DNA of 64,000 nt from NCBI GenBank assembly GCA_963664705.1, contig OY761556.1, forward strand, positions 896,001 through 960,000, read 5' to 3'. A program made the position numbers and the translations under genes. Shown piece by piece: positions 1 to 9,977 of the stretch. Source of the DNA: Acidobacteriota bacterium (GTDB lineage: Bacteria > Acidobacteriota > UBA6911). Position 1 is the first letter of the stretch. Every line of letters starts with the position of its first letter. The notes under the pieces were generated by a model. That model was given only the letters and a program-made list of their open reading frames with translations. It ran no database searches and was not told the DNA's origin.

Positions 1-8
1 GTAAGGCC

Positions 9-902
9 ATGAAAAAGCTCGGGCTGCCGGAAGGCGATGCCTTCGATATGCCCTCTTCAACCAAGAGATTTCCTGATGGCGCAGCATTCCGTATTGAATG
101 CCCGACCGTCAATTCCTCGGAAACGGTTGCCGCCCTTCTGGACACCGCCGACAAAACCGGCGTTACCATCAACCGTATCACTGAAACCTACGGGATGTTC
201 CGCCACACCGCAACGGAAATCAAAGAATACTGCAAGCTGTGCCACGATTATGGCTGCGAACTGCTGCTTTCCACCGGCCCCCGCGCAACATATGACACGG
301 GCGCAACGGTTCTCTCTTCGCAGGGTGTTCGCGTAGGCTATCGTCTCCGTGGTCAGGAACAGCTGATCCGCGCCATCGAAGACATCAAGCGCGGCTATGA
401 GCTCGGCTGCCGTGGCTTCCTGGTTTATGATGAAGGCATGCTGTGGGTTGCCAACGAAATGCGCAAAAACGGCGACCTCCCGAAGGACATCGTATTCAAG
501 TGCTCCGCTCACCTTGGCCATTGCAACCCGGCGTCCATGAAGCTCCTGAAGGACCTCGGCGCAGACAGCATCAACCCGATCCGCGATCTGCAGATCCCGA
601 TGCACTCTGCCATCCGCCAGGCCATCGGCGACACGCCACTTGACATCCACATGGACAACCCTCCGGGATCCGGCGGATTCATCCGCGTGTTTGAAGCCCC
701 CGAGATCGTCCGCGTAGCCGCTCCGCTGCACTGCAAAACCGGTAACTCCGTTATCGGCGGCCACGGCGAAATGACTGGCGCTTCCGAAGGAAAGAAAATG
801 GCCAACCAGGCCACCATCGTTGTTGAAATGATCACCCGGTACGCTCCAGAGCTCAAACAGTCCGGCAAGCGAGCCAAGGATATGTGTATTCCTGTTGTGT
901 AA
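9..902 (+). CDS. U32 peptidase-like TIM-barrel protein (probably 5'-truncated by the window edge)
   Basis: 297-aa ORF, frame open to the window edge. Motifs SxKRFPDG, GPRATYD, LVYDEG and HCNPAS resemble the short U32-like family; co-oriented with iolN. Confidence 0.6.
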   Translation: MKKLGLPEGDAFDMPSSTKRFPDGAAFRIECPTVNSSETVAALLDTADKTGVTINRITETYGMFRHTATEIKEYCKLCHDYGCELLLSTGPRATYDTGATVLSSQGVRVGYRLRGQEQLIRAIEDIKRGYELGCRGFLVYDEGMLWVANEMRKNGDLPKDIVFKCSAHLGHCNPASMKLLKDLGADSINPIRDLQIPMHSAIRQAIGDTPLDIHMDNPPGSGGFIRVFEAPEIVRVAAPLHCKTGNSVIGGHGEMTGASEGKKMANQATIVVEMITRYAPELKQSGKRAKDMCIPVV

Positions 903-951
903 GACTGAACCTTGTTCCGCGGACGTCAGTTCCGCAGATTAGGAGGATGTC

Positions 952-1935
952 ATGGGTAGTAAATGGGGAGAATGGGGTAAGTGGGAATTGCCGTCGAAAG
1001 GCGGCCACATGGAGACCCCCGGAGTATATCTCCAGACCATGAACATGACGCAGATCAACGACCGTCTCAAGACAAACGATCTGATCATTGTCCCGATCGG
1101 AAGCACGGAATGTCATGGGGCGGCTCAGCCTATCGGCGAAGACACCTTCCTCGTCACGCGCATGGCCGAACAGGTCGCCGCGAAGATGGGGTGCACGATC
1201 GCAATGCCGGTCTGGTACGGATCTCATCCGTTCAACCATCTTGGCATGCCGGGCACGGTTGTCGTTCCCGAGGACGCATTTCTGGCAAACCTGCGAGCCA
1301 TTATTGCCGGCTTGTGGAATATGGGCTTCAGAAAGCAGATTTTTCTGAACGGCCATGGCCAGGAGGAAGTCATTCCACTCGCACTCCATCAGTGGGCGAA
1401 GAAGTACCAGGTTCCATCAGTTCTGGTTTCGCTGCACTGGGAGACAGTCATTCATGACCATCTCAGAACCAAAGAGTTCGGCGGACCTTTCGAGACGCAG
1501 TTCTCACATGCGGACGAAGCGGAAGCTTCTTACTCGCTGGCGCTTTTCCCTGAGTTCTGCGACATGAAGCTGGCTGTGGACAACAAACCCTCTGGATTCA
1601 TTCCCAAGGGGCACGTGGACGGTGGCGGCGAAGTGTATCATCGACCCATCCGCGGCCACGAGCATGTTGGCCTGAGTGGTACGGAAGTGAATGTTTATCC
1701 GGAAGGCGTTATCGGACATCCGACGCTTGCCAGTGCGGATAAGGCCTATGCAGGTCTTAACGAGCTGTTGGATTATATGTGCAAGCTGATCACCGATATC
1801 ATGACCGCCTTCCCGGCCGGTAAATTGCCTCCGGCTGAAAAGACTACTCAGCGCGATCCGAAGGAAATTGAAGCGCTCCTGAAGGGCCCGCTGAATGGTG
1901 GAAAGCATCTCTATACGATCGCTTATCCCCCATAG
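952..1935 (+). CDS. iolN: 3-dehydro-scyllo-inosose hydrolase (creatininase family)
   Basis: PIGSTECHG, GEDTFLVTRMAE, NGHGQE, HADEAEAS and FPAGKLPP closely resemble Thermotoga IolN; AGGAGG RBS upstream. Confidence 0.85.
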   Translation: MGSKWGEWGKWELPSKGGHMETPGVYLQTMNMTQINDRLKTNDLIIVPIGSTECHGAAQPIGEDTFLVTRMAEQVAAKMGCTIAMPVWYGSHPFNHLGMPGTVVVPEDAFLANLRAIIAGLWNMGFRKQIFLNGHGQEEVIPLALHQWAKKYQVPSVLVSLHWETVIHDHLRTKEFGGPFETQFSHADEAEASYSLALFPEFCDMKLAVDNKPSGFIPKGHVDGGGEVYHRPIRGHEHVGLSGTEVNVYPEGVIGHPTLASADKAYAGLNELLDYMCKLITDIMTAFPAGKLPPAEKTTQRDPKEIEALLKGPLNGGKHLYTIAYPP

Positions 1936-1956
1936 GCTTTTGCGCAGTTGTTGTAA

Positions 1957-2043
1957 AGGGGGCGCCGTTTGCCCCCTGCTTTTCTGATAAGGATGGCCTG
2001 GGGGTTGCGGCGATTTTTCCGGCAGCCCCCAGGGAGTTTTTTT
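1957..2043 (+). terminator. two GC-rich hairpins, the second followed by a T-tract (intrinsic terminator)
   Basis: AGGGGGC/GCCCCCT at 1957-1977; CCTGGGGGTTGC/GCAGCCCCCAGG at 1997-2033 followed by GAGTTTTTTT. Confidence 0.7.
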
Positions 2044-2107
2044 AGCAGCGTGTCATCATAAAAAGCAGAGCGTCTTTAGGATACCAAGATCTCAAAGGAG
2101 GTTTGAT

Positions 2108-2899
2108 TTGTCCCAGTCTGTACGCTCCGTTGAAAGAGCTCTGGATATTCTGCTCTGCTTTACACGCGAAGAACCTACTCGTTCTCTGACCCAGATTGCC
2201 GAGTCGGTCCACATGTCCAAAACCACTGTGCACCGGCTCCTGACCACGCTCGAGAACAAGCGCTTTATTACCAGAGACAAAGTTACAGGTCTATACCGGC
2301 TCGGCTTCTGCTTTATCGAAATGGCCTCGCTGGTTCTTCAGGATGTCGAGCTGCATCGTTGGGCTCAGCCATACCTGAAGCGCCTTTCTTCTGATTTTGG
2401 AGAAACGGTGGATCTCTCTATCCTGGAGGGATCCCATGTGATCTACCTCGAGGTCATTGAGAGTCCCCAAAGGGTCAAATTGGCTGCAGCGGTCGGACAG
2501 CGGCTGCCGGCTTTTTTTACAGCATCCGGAAAAGCCCTGCTCGCCTTTCTTCCCGGGGAACAAGTTCGAAAAATCATCAACGAAAACCTGGCCGAATCCT
2601 CTAATCACGCATCAATGGCCTTAGAGGACGTGATGGCGGATTTGAAAGCTACTTCAGAACGTGGCTATGCCATTTCTGAGCAGGAATACGAAGAGGCTAT
2701 CAACGCCGTCGCTGCCCCGATTTTTGACGCCGACAAGCATCCCATTGCGTCGATAGCGATTGTCGGCCCATCCTATCGGCTTACCAAGGAACGTCTGCCT
2801 TTACTCGGAGAAGCGCTTTGCAATATGACTCGCGCAATTTCGAGCGAAGTAGGGATGGTTGCCCTCTCCGCAATCGTCAACAAGACTCGCCCCCGATGA
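2108..2899 (+). CDS. IclR family transcriptional regulator
   Basis: N-terminal HTH (SVERALDIL...SKTTVHRLL); C-terminal TASGKALLA and AVAAPIF; TTG start after AAGGAGG. Confidence 0.92.
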   Translation: MSQSVRSVERALDILLCFTREEPTRSLTQIAESVHMSKTTVHRLLTTLENKRFITRDKVTGLYRLGFCFIEMASLVLQDVELHRWAQPYLKRLSSDFGETVDLSILEGSHVIYLEVIESPQRVKLAAAVGQRLPAFFTASGKALLAFLPGEQVRKIINENLAESSNHASMALEDVMADLKATSERGYAISEQEYEEAINAVAAPIFDADKHPIASIAIVGPSYRLTKERLPLLGEALCNMTRAISSEVGMVALSAIVNKTRPR

Positions 2900-2962
2900 A
2901 CTGAGCGCGCCGCCGCTTCCCCCTTATGATTGCCAAGGCTGGAGTGGCCCGGTACTCAGATG

Positions 2963-4591
2963 TCAATCCATTCCATAAGTGATTTTTGTTTCTGAACCGC
3001 GGATAGCAATGTTCGCGAACTGGGCCCTGAGCCGATAAATCCTGCTTCCGTGGATCTGCGCTTCTGGAACATACATCTCGTTGATCAGACTCTGGAATAT
3101 AGGATATTTATCGATCGTCGCGACCTTCTGCACGTCCGCAATCAGCAGCGGTTTGGTCGCGCGAATAAACTCTGCCGTCCGGAACTGGTTTGCCGGATCG
3201 CCTGCGTGTGGAGGATAGTCGTCGGCTATATCATAATCCATCCATCCGGTTACCGTCTGTCTTTGGGCAAGGAATAGGAGCTGCGGCTTCGACCCCCAGA
3301 TGAATATCTTATCTCCAGGCGAAGATGTCGACCTGATGTAGGCGGCGATTTCCCGGTTGCTCTTTTCTTCGTGCCCCATCTCCCAGAGTTTTATCTGGTG
3401 CAGTTTGGGGAACGGAAGCGCCAGCCAGTTTATGAGGGTTCGTGAGTGGAACCAGACGACTGAGATCAGAAATGCGGTGCCGCAAATCTTAAGAGGCCTT
3501 CGCAGGCTTTGTTGGTTTCTGTGCTGCCACAGGTAGTTCAATCCCAGTCCCCCGAGGAGGGACAAAGGGGGCATCCATTGCAGAAAGTAGTTCGCATAAT
3601 AGCGTCTTCCAGCAACAACTCCAGCGAAAGCAGCGATGCTCCAGCAAATCAGGAACAGATAGGCCCTGGAGTTTTCGCCCCGTGACTTCCGGCTCATCCA
3701 CATCAGGATGACAAGCCATGCAAAGATAAGTCCGAAGGCGATCGTCACGCGAATTGATTTGCCGAAAAAGGAGGCGATGTTGATTCTGCCGACATACCGG
3801 AAAGCATAAAGAATGGCCTGATCCCACCATGCCATCAAAATTCCCGTGTGGAAGAGCCATCCTGTGAACAATGCCAGGCAGGAAAACACTCCGGAAACAA
3901 GGACGAAAGCAGAATAAAGAGTTTCCTTAACCGAGCGCTCATTGCCAAAAAAGAGAAATATGGCCAGCAGCGCCGCTTCAGGCGCCGACACCGGTTTTGT
4001 CAGAAATGCGCAACAGGCGAAAAATCCCGCTGCAAAAAAGGCCGGTCTGCGGCCGTGAATCAGGGCATGAAGGTAGAACAATACGGCAAGGGAGGTAAAA
4101 ACCACCATCAGGGTTTCGGTGTTCATTCCGATAATTCGTGGGATGTAGTATGTCGTGCTGGCGAAGGCATGAATGATGGCGGCCGCGGCTCCCGCGCCCC
4201 GGGAGAAAAACTTTGCTCCCAATAGATACAGCAGGATAGAGGTCATCCACACCAGCAGGAGGGCTCCGATGTGAATAGCCGTCATACTGGGTCCGAATAT
4301 CTTGAAGAGAAATGCGCAGAACCAGAAGATCGGCGGATTCTTGTCCAGCGCGATATCGAGATAAAGCCGGCCTCCCTGATGCAGGACATTCGCGCCATTG
4401 GCCCAGTGGGCCTCATCCACGAAAATGAAGTCGTACTGAAAATACGGAAGCCTTAGGAATGCCGAGATGAAGACACTAAGAACGACCAGTAGAAGGTATT
4501 TGTGCCTTTCGGCCCAACTCAACAACTGACGAGACACTTCTTCCAAAGCAAGCTCCACTGCATGGACTGGTTTCGATTTGCGCTCCTGCAA
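2963..4591 (-). CDS. ArnT/GT39-like (GT-C fold) membrane glycosyltransferase
   Basis: Polytopic; FVDEAHW, LYLDIALDKNPP, NTE and LTKP motifs; C-terminal soluble domain (GDKIFIWG). Start uncertain. Confidence 0.75.
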   Translation of the reverse strand: MQERKSKPVHAVELALEEVSRQLLSWAERHKYLLLVVLSVFISAFLRLPYFQYDFIFVDEAHWANGANVLHQGGRLYLDIALDKNPPIFWFCAFLFKIFGPSMTAIHIGALLLVWMTSILLYLLGAKFFSRGAGAAAAIIHAFASTTYYIPRIIGMNTETLMVVFTSLAVLFYLHALIHGRRPAFFAAGFFACCAFLTKPVSAPEAALLAIFLFFGNERSVKETLYSAFVLVSGVFSCLALFTGWLFHTGILMAWWDQAILYAFRYVGRINIASFFGKSIRVTIAFGLIFAWLVILMWMSRKSRGENSRAYLFLICWSIAAFAGVVAGRRYYANYFLQWMPPLSLLGGLGLNYLWQHRNQQSLRRPLKICGTAFLISVVWFHSRTLINWLALPFPKLHQIKLWEMGHEEKSNREIAAYIRSTSSPGDKIFIWGSKPQLLFLAQRQTVTGWMDYDIADDYPPHAGDPANQFRTAEFIRATKPLLIADVQKVATIDKYPIFQSLINEMYVPEAQIHGSRIYRLRAQFANIAIRGSETKITYGMD

Positions 4592-4650
4592 CCCGTTGAC
4601 TGAATCGTGATCATCCTACGATATTTTTAGTTGTAAAAGCGAGCGGCATT

Positions 4651-6027
4651 CTACCCTTGAACGGCAGTTTTTTTCGCGGCGATCTGCTCCTGCATTTCCA
4701 CGATGCCGGTTTCTTCCAGCTTATAACCGAGAAAGAAGGTGATGGCGGTTAAAGCATATCCAATGGATGGACCGAAGGACATTATGGAACTGATACCTTC
4801 AATGACACGCGGTGTGGGCTGTGTATTGGCCACAAATCCGATCATAATCAACCCCGCTGTCATGACAGCGCTGCGAATCAAAACGCCCATCTTGATCGGA
4901 AAGTTCATCAGCGCCATCGTAAAGGCCCTGAGGTTGATCCCGGTTTTCCATTCTCCAAAAACCACCGTGTCTGCAAATAACGCCGTATTCATCGACGTGG
5001 ATACCGACACACAGAGAACGGAAAGGCTGAAGGTCAGGGTGAATCCCCACAGATAATGGTTCAGGAATCTTGTAAGGGCAAACCCCACGGCCGCCAGTAC
5101 AAAGAACAGCCAATAGGAATGCCGTTTTCCCATTTTCAATCCAATCCATGTCGCCGCAAATGTTCCGGCAAGCCGCGAGATGCTGATGGACAGCAGGAAT
5201 ACCGAGAGAAACGCCGCATTGCCTGCCACATAAGTGAAATAGTAGATGGCCATAGCCGTAATAATGAAGAAGCTGGTGCTGCTGAAAGTCTGGGCCAGAA
5301 TAAGAACCATCAGAGGAGGATTCTTGAAAACCAGGCCCATGATTTCCTTCACCGTCAAGCCGGCATTGGGACCGGAGCCCTGGAGCGCCGTTTCGTCATA
5401 GGGGTCCTTTCCCGCAGTTTTCCAATAGATGAACCAATATCCCAGGATCATCAGGATTGCGTACACGGCTACCGTATAGGTAAATCCTGCTATTTTGTTT
5501 GTGCGTGCGGCAAAAAACGCGACCATCGGCATAGCCGATGCAGAAAAGAGAATCTGTCCGGCGGACATCCCCTGGGCGCGGCTGGTGGAAAGGATCGTTC
5601 TTTCATTCGGCAGCTGGCTGAGTCTGCCCAGCATTCCGCCCGTCGCGGAAACGACGACATTAAAAAAGAGATGGCTGGTGACAAATCCAAAGACAACAAA
5701 CAGCGCGGCCGTAGGCGTCCCGCCAATTTTGGTGAATTGAAGAATGAACAGCGGTGCAACGAGCGGTGGTCCGATCAGGAACCATGAACGGTATTTGCCT
5801 CCATATCGCAGCGTCACTTTTTGCAGGAGGACTCCACCGGCCAGGGCAAAAATGATGTCGATGATGCTGGTGAAGTGCAGGATCTGACCGGCCAGTGCGA
5901 TGGAAAATTGTGCGTAATCGGTCAGAAACGCGGCGAAGAAATATGCCTCCATGCTGATCATCGCATTGAAGAACATGTCTGGAATGCCGTAGGTGTAAAG
6001 CAGCGATTTGCTTAATCTCTCCGCCAT
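4651..6027 (-). CDS. MFS transporter, glycoside-pentoside-hexuronide (GPH) family
   Basis: About 12 TM helices; GKYRSW, ERTILSTSR, NPPL and ADTVVFGEWKTG motifs. Confidence 0.85.
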   Translation of the reverse strand: MAERLSKSLLYTYGIPDMFFNAMISMEAYFFAAFLTDYAQFSIALAGQILHFTSIIDIIFALAGGVLLQKVTLRYGGKYRSWFLIGPPLVAPLFILQFTKIGGTPTAALFVVFGFVTSHLFFNVVVSATGGMLGRLSQLPNERTILSTSRAQGMSAGQILFSASAMPMVAFFAARTNKIAGFTYTVAVYAILMILGYWFIYWKTAGKDPYDETALQGSGPNAGLTVKEIMGLVFKNPPLMVLILAQTFSSTSFFIITAMAIYYFTYVAGNAAFLSVFLLSISISRLAGTFAATWIGLKMGKRHSYWLFFVLAAVGFALTRFLNHYLWGFTLTFSLSVLCVSVSTSMNTALFADTVVFGEWKTGINLRAFTMALMNFPIKMGVLIRSAVMTAGLIMIGFVANTQPTPRVIEGISSIMSFGPSIGYALTAITFFLGYKLEETGIVEMQEQIAAKKTAVQG

Positions 6028-6080
6028 AAAACCGTTCTCCGAGGATGGATGTGCGTCCGGGAAACCGCGCCTGCCTTGAA

Positions 6081-7310
6081 TTACCGCGCGAACACGCCGT
6101 CAAAGAAAGCCCTCATTTCAGCGGCGTAGGGCACTCCATAGCGGACGAAAGTTTCTTTGGTCAGCGAATCCGGCTTCCAGTCAAAAAAAGCATGATTCGC
6201 CCCTTCCACCTGAACATAGTTCGCGGTCTGTCCGGCGGCCTTGAGCGCATCGGCATACATCTGGACCGCTTCATGGGTGATCAGCATGTCTTTGGTTCCA
6301 CGCAGCAGGTAGTGCGGGACCGCTCGTGTTTTTGCGTTGGGGATTCGATCGATGGGGGAAACCGCCCGCAGCCAGGATTCGTCCGGAAAACTGCCGGCGA
6401 AGCTCTTCAGAAGAGATCCGCTAAATACGCCATAGCTGGGAGCAGCGGCTTTGACCGCCTGTGTGATTTCCTTCCGAACCTGAGCCGCAGTTTTTCCTTT
6501 GGGCATGTAGCTCGGCATGAATTCAAATACCCCTGGCTTTTTCCCGAAACCGCCGTCTCCGATAAATTCGGTCATATCAATCGCTGCCGCGGAGAGATGC
6601 CCTCCGGCGCTGTCTCCCGTCACACCTATGCGCGCGGGATCACACCCGTACTCGCTGCAGTGTTCCTGGATGTGCGCGATGGCGCCATATACATCCTCAA
6701 TCAGATTCGCCAATGTGTTGGGCGTTTTATCGCCATCCAGCTTATCTACCCATCGATAGTCTATGCTGACCGCTACATATCGATGGTCCTTGATTAACTC
6801 TCTTGCCAGCCCGCGCATGATATCTTCCGTATTCGTGGACCAACCGCCCCCGTGAATAATGACGATGCAGGGCAGTTTTTTTGCGCCTTCGGGCGAGAAT
6901 ACATCGTACTTGAGTTTTTTGGCGCCCGGCTGCGCATACACCACATCCTGGATAACCTTGTAGCCGCGCGCCTTTTCTTTTTCTATGAAGGAAGCACCAA
7001 TGAATTTGTCCTGGTCCACGGTCACTTGGAATACCGGAGTCATGGATTCATAGAACATTTTTCCCCATTTGCCTGGAGTGGCGTAGTACCCGCTGTCAAA
7101 AGCATATCCTTCGGCCGGTGTGGCCGTTACGGTGAGAACGGAGCCGGCCGGCATCCTGCCATCTGCCGGCAGGGCGGGATCCATTCGAATACTTCCGTTT
7201 GCTGGGGTATCCAGCTTTATAGAAAAGGTTTTTTGCGAATCGGTTTCCTGTCCGGGGAATGCGGGAATGGAGAAGACCAGGAACAACACAAGGGCATAGG
7301 CCATTTTCAT
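6081..7310 (-). CDS. secreted alpha/beta hydrolase (HSL-like esterase) with an N-terminal InlB B-repeat-like domain
   Basis: Signal peptide; HGGGW, GDSAGG and GANHAF; VTATPAEGYAFD repeat-type module. Confidence 0.8.
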   Translation of the reverse strand: MKMAYALVLFLVFSIPAFPGQETDSQKTFSIKLDTPANGSIRMDPALPADGRMPAGSVLTVTATPAEGYAFDSGYYATPGKWGKMFYESMTPVFQVTVDQDKFIGASFIEKEKARGYKVIQDVVYAQPGAKKLKYDVFSPEGAKKLPCIVIIHGGGWSTNTEDIMRGLARELIKDHRYVAVSIDYRWVDKLDGDKTPNTLANLIEDVYGAIAHIQEHCSEYGCDPARIGVTGDSAGGHLSAAAIDMTEFIGDGGFGKKPGVFEFMPSYMPKGKTAAQVRKEITQAVKAAAPSYGVFSGSLLKSFAGSFPDESWLRAVSPIDRIPNAKTRAVPHYLLRGTKDMLITHEAVQMYADALKAAGQTANYVQVEGANHAFFDWKPDSLTKETFVRYGVPYAAEMRAFFDGVFAR

Positions 7311-7425
7311 AAATAGGTCCTGTTGGTGGCGGTTGTTGAAATTGTTCGTCCATCAAGATAGTGGATTTCTGAGCCGGAGTCATGTACAAGATATAAAAAG
7401 CAGTTTTTTTATTGCCGGGTGTTCC

Positions 7426-8853
7426 ATGGCGAATCGTCCTTTTTCGATGACGCGCCGGGATTTTCTAGGAGCGTCTGTAAAAATTGCGGCCGCAACCGCG
7501 GTTACCCCTCGGTGTCTCTTTCCCTCAACGCCGCCTGAATCCGTATCGATTGCTTTCCCAAAAGGTTTCTGCTGGGGAACCGCTGCCGGATCCTATCAGG
7601 TCGAAGGGGCCTGGCGTGAGGATGGCAAAGGTGAATCGATATGGGATCGATTTACCCATACTGCAGGTAAGGTTAAAACCGGAGATACTGGGGATGTCGC
7701 GTGCGATCAATACCGGAGGTATCGGGATGATGTGCAATTGATGCGGGACCTCGGTCTCAATAGCTATCGATTCTCCATTTCCTGGCCTCGTATACAGCCT
7801 GACGGCTGCGGCAGTAAAAATGACAGGGGTCTCGATTACTACAAACGTCTGATTGACAATCTCCTCGCTGCGCGCATTCGTCCGGTTCCCGCCCTGTATC
7901 ATTGGGATTTGCCTCAGGCGCTTGAAGACGCGGGCGGCTGGCCCAAGCGAGATACGGCGCAGCGTTTTGCCGATTATGCCGATATCGTGGTGCGCGAACT
8001 GGGAGATCGTCTGCAGAGCTACCTGATCTTCAACGAACCCTGGCTTTTCACCACCCTTGGTTACCTCGTGGGCACCCATGCGCCCGGGCGCTCGGATTTA
8101 TATGATTTCCTATATTCCATCCATACGGTCAGTCTTGCCCAGGGATTGGCCTTCCGCGCCATCAAAGCCGTGCAGCCCTCTGCCATGGTGGGCACTGCAT
8201 TGGGCATGTCCTGGGTGAATACACCGACGGATTGCGCGGCCGACAGGCAGGCGGCCGAGCGGACGCACCTGTCGTTCAATGTCTGGTTCCTGGAGGCGGC
8301 CTACAAGGGCCGCTACCCGGAAGCCATGGTCGGCGTAGCACCGGAAAATTTCGGTGTGCGGGCGGGAGACATGGAGAAGGTTATGGCCCCCCTCGATTTT
8401 GTGGCGCTTGTAAGCTATCCGCCGAGCCGAGTCTCCGCGACTTCCACGCATTCCGCCTCGAATTCCCAAAGCAAGTCGTCCGCAGCAGCGGTCGACAGCT
8501 ATGGTCTGCGCGAAATGATCATGCGCATCACAAAAGACTATAACCGGCCCATCATTGAGGTCACGCAAAGGGGGCACGATTTCGGAGAGACTCCCGATGC
8601 GCAGTGCAGAGTACAGGACAAGATCCGTATCGGCTTTCTCCGCAACCGACTGCTGGATATTTCCTATGCAATCCAGGATGGCGCCGATGTCCGCGGTTAC
8701 TATATTTCAAATCTCACCGACGGCTTTGAATGGGCCGATGGCTATGCAAAACGTTGCGGGCTTGCCCATGTAGACTTTGCCACGCAACGGCGCGTTTTAA
8801 AGGAATCCGGGCGCTGGTATGCAAACCTGGCGCGAACCAACAGCCTGTTGTGA
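7426..8853 (+). CDS. Tat-exported glycoside hydrolase family 1 protein with a degenerate nucleophile motif
   Basis: TRRDFL Tat motif; FCWGTAAGSYQVEG, YRFSISWPRI, LYHWDLP and FNEP are present; the expected TENG reads TQRG. Confidence 0.85.
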   Translation: MANRPFSMTRRDFLGASVKIAAATAVTPRCLFPSTPPESVSIAFPKGFCWGTAAGSYQVEGAWREDGKGESIWDRFTHTAGKVKTGDTGDVACDQYRRYRDDVQLMRDLGLNSYRFSISWPRIQPDGCGSKNDRGLDYYKRLIDNLLAARIRPVPALYHWDLPQALEDAGGWPKRDTAQRFADYADIVVRELGDRLQSYLIFNEPWLFTTLGYLVGTHAPGRSDLYDFLYSIHTVSLAQGLAFRAIKAVQPSAMVGTALGMSWVNTPTDCAADRQAAERTHLSFNVWFLEAAYKGRYPEAMVGVAPENFGVRAGDMEKVMAPLDFVALVSYPPSRVSATSTHSASNSQSKSSAAAVDSYGLREMIMRITKDYNRPIIEVTQRGHDFGETPDAQCRVQDKIRIGFLRNRLLDISYAIQDGADVRGYYISNLTDGFEWADGYAKRCGLAHVDFATQRRVLKESGRWYANLARTNSLL

Positions 8854-8861
8854 ATACGAGC

Positions 8862-9761
8862 CTAGAGACTTAATCCAAGAAGCCGGCAAATATTGCCGTT
8901 GAAAATCTGCGCGGCGTCTTCTGTCGAAAAATGGGCATCGCTCAGCAGTTGTGAAATGAAGGCAATTTCATCCGCATGCCTGAACCACGGCCAGTCGGTT
9001 CCGAAAAGTATCTTCTGCGGACCGTGACGCTCAAGAAGAAATAGGAATTCCTTCCTGTCAAGCGTCCGGGACGCATTGGACGTATCCAGATACAAGTTGT
9101 CTCTCGGGCTCAGGTATTCCTCGATTTCGGCAAACGGGGCTGCAAGTCCACCCATATGCGCCCCGACAAAAGTGATTTCCGGGAAAGCGGCCGCCAGGCT
9201 GCTTAAGCGCCTGGGCGTGGTGATGTATTCCGGAGGAGTTCCGAAAAAAACATCTGCTTTATAGAAGGTATCCAGAAGCACAAAGAAACAAGGCTTTCCG
9301 GACATGTTATGTTTGCGTATCTTTTCGAACAGCCGGATCGTGATCTCAGAATCCAGCCTGAAGCCTTGGGAGAAAGAGGAAAGTTTTAGGGCCCGGATAC
9401 CTGCGCTGCAGAGCCATTCCAATTCCTTCTCAATTTCCGGCCATGCCGGATGAATTGTGCCTGCCGTGAAGAGACTTTGTTCCCCTTCTATGGCAGAGAC
9501 GAACGTCTTGTTGGCCTCATGGACTCCATTGACCGGGGCAATGGGCAAGAGTAGACATGCGTATACGCCAGCCAGGGTGAATTCTTCCTTTAGTTTGGAT
9601 TTGTCCGTGCGCTCAGAAGCCCCCTCCATGTTTAGGCCGAGCGCCGGAGCAAGACCCTCTCTTCGTGAGACGCTGGAAATTATGGATGGTGTATATAGAT
9701 GCGTATGCGCGTCGAAAATCCCAGAAGAGTCGCAGGTCTGGTTTCTTTCCATTTTTGCCAC
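8862..9761 (-). CDS. amidohydrolase family 2 (TIM-barrel metal-dependent hydrolase)
   Basis: DAHTH, AHMGG, LYLDTS and ILFGTDWP motifs. Confidence 0.85.
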   Translation of the reverse strand: MAKMERNQTCDSSGIFDAHTHLYTPSIISSVSRREGLAPALGLNMEGASERTDKSKLKEEFTLAGVYACLLLPIAPVNGVHEANKTFVSAIEGEQSLFTAGTIHPAWPEIEKELEWLCSAGIRALKLSSFSQGFRLDSEITIRLFEKIRKHNMSGKPCFFVLLDTFYKADVFFGTPPEYITTPRRLSSLAAAFPEITFVGAHMGGLAAPFAEIEEYLSPRDNLYLDTSNASRTLDRKEFLFLLERHGPQKILFGTDWPWFRHADEIAFISQLLSDAHFSTEDAAQIFNGNICRLLGLSL

Positions 9762-9977
9762 TCTAAGGGATGATGTCGTGTTTTGCCAGCAATACCTTCA
9801 TGGTCGCATAGAAATGGCGATACCTCCGCTGCCCCGAAGATTGACTTTGCTGATCATTCAGGATACTTTCGGGCCATTTGCACCGAGGCGGCGGTTTTCA
9901 TCCTGTTGTGTCCATGATGGAGAAGGAAGCACTCGGATCATAATCATTTTTGAAAGGGATTTGTTTCGAAGAGCGGT

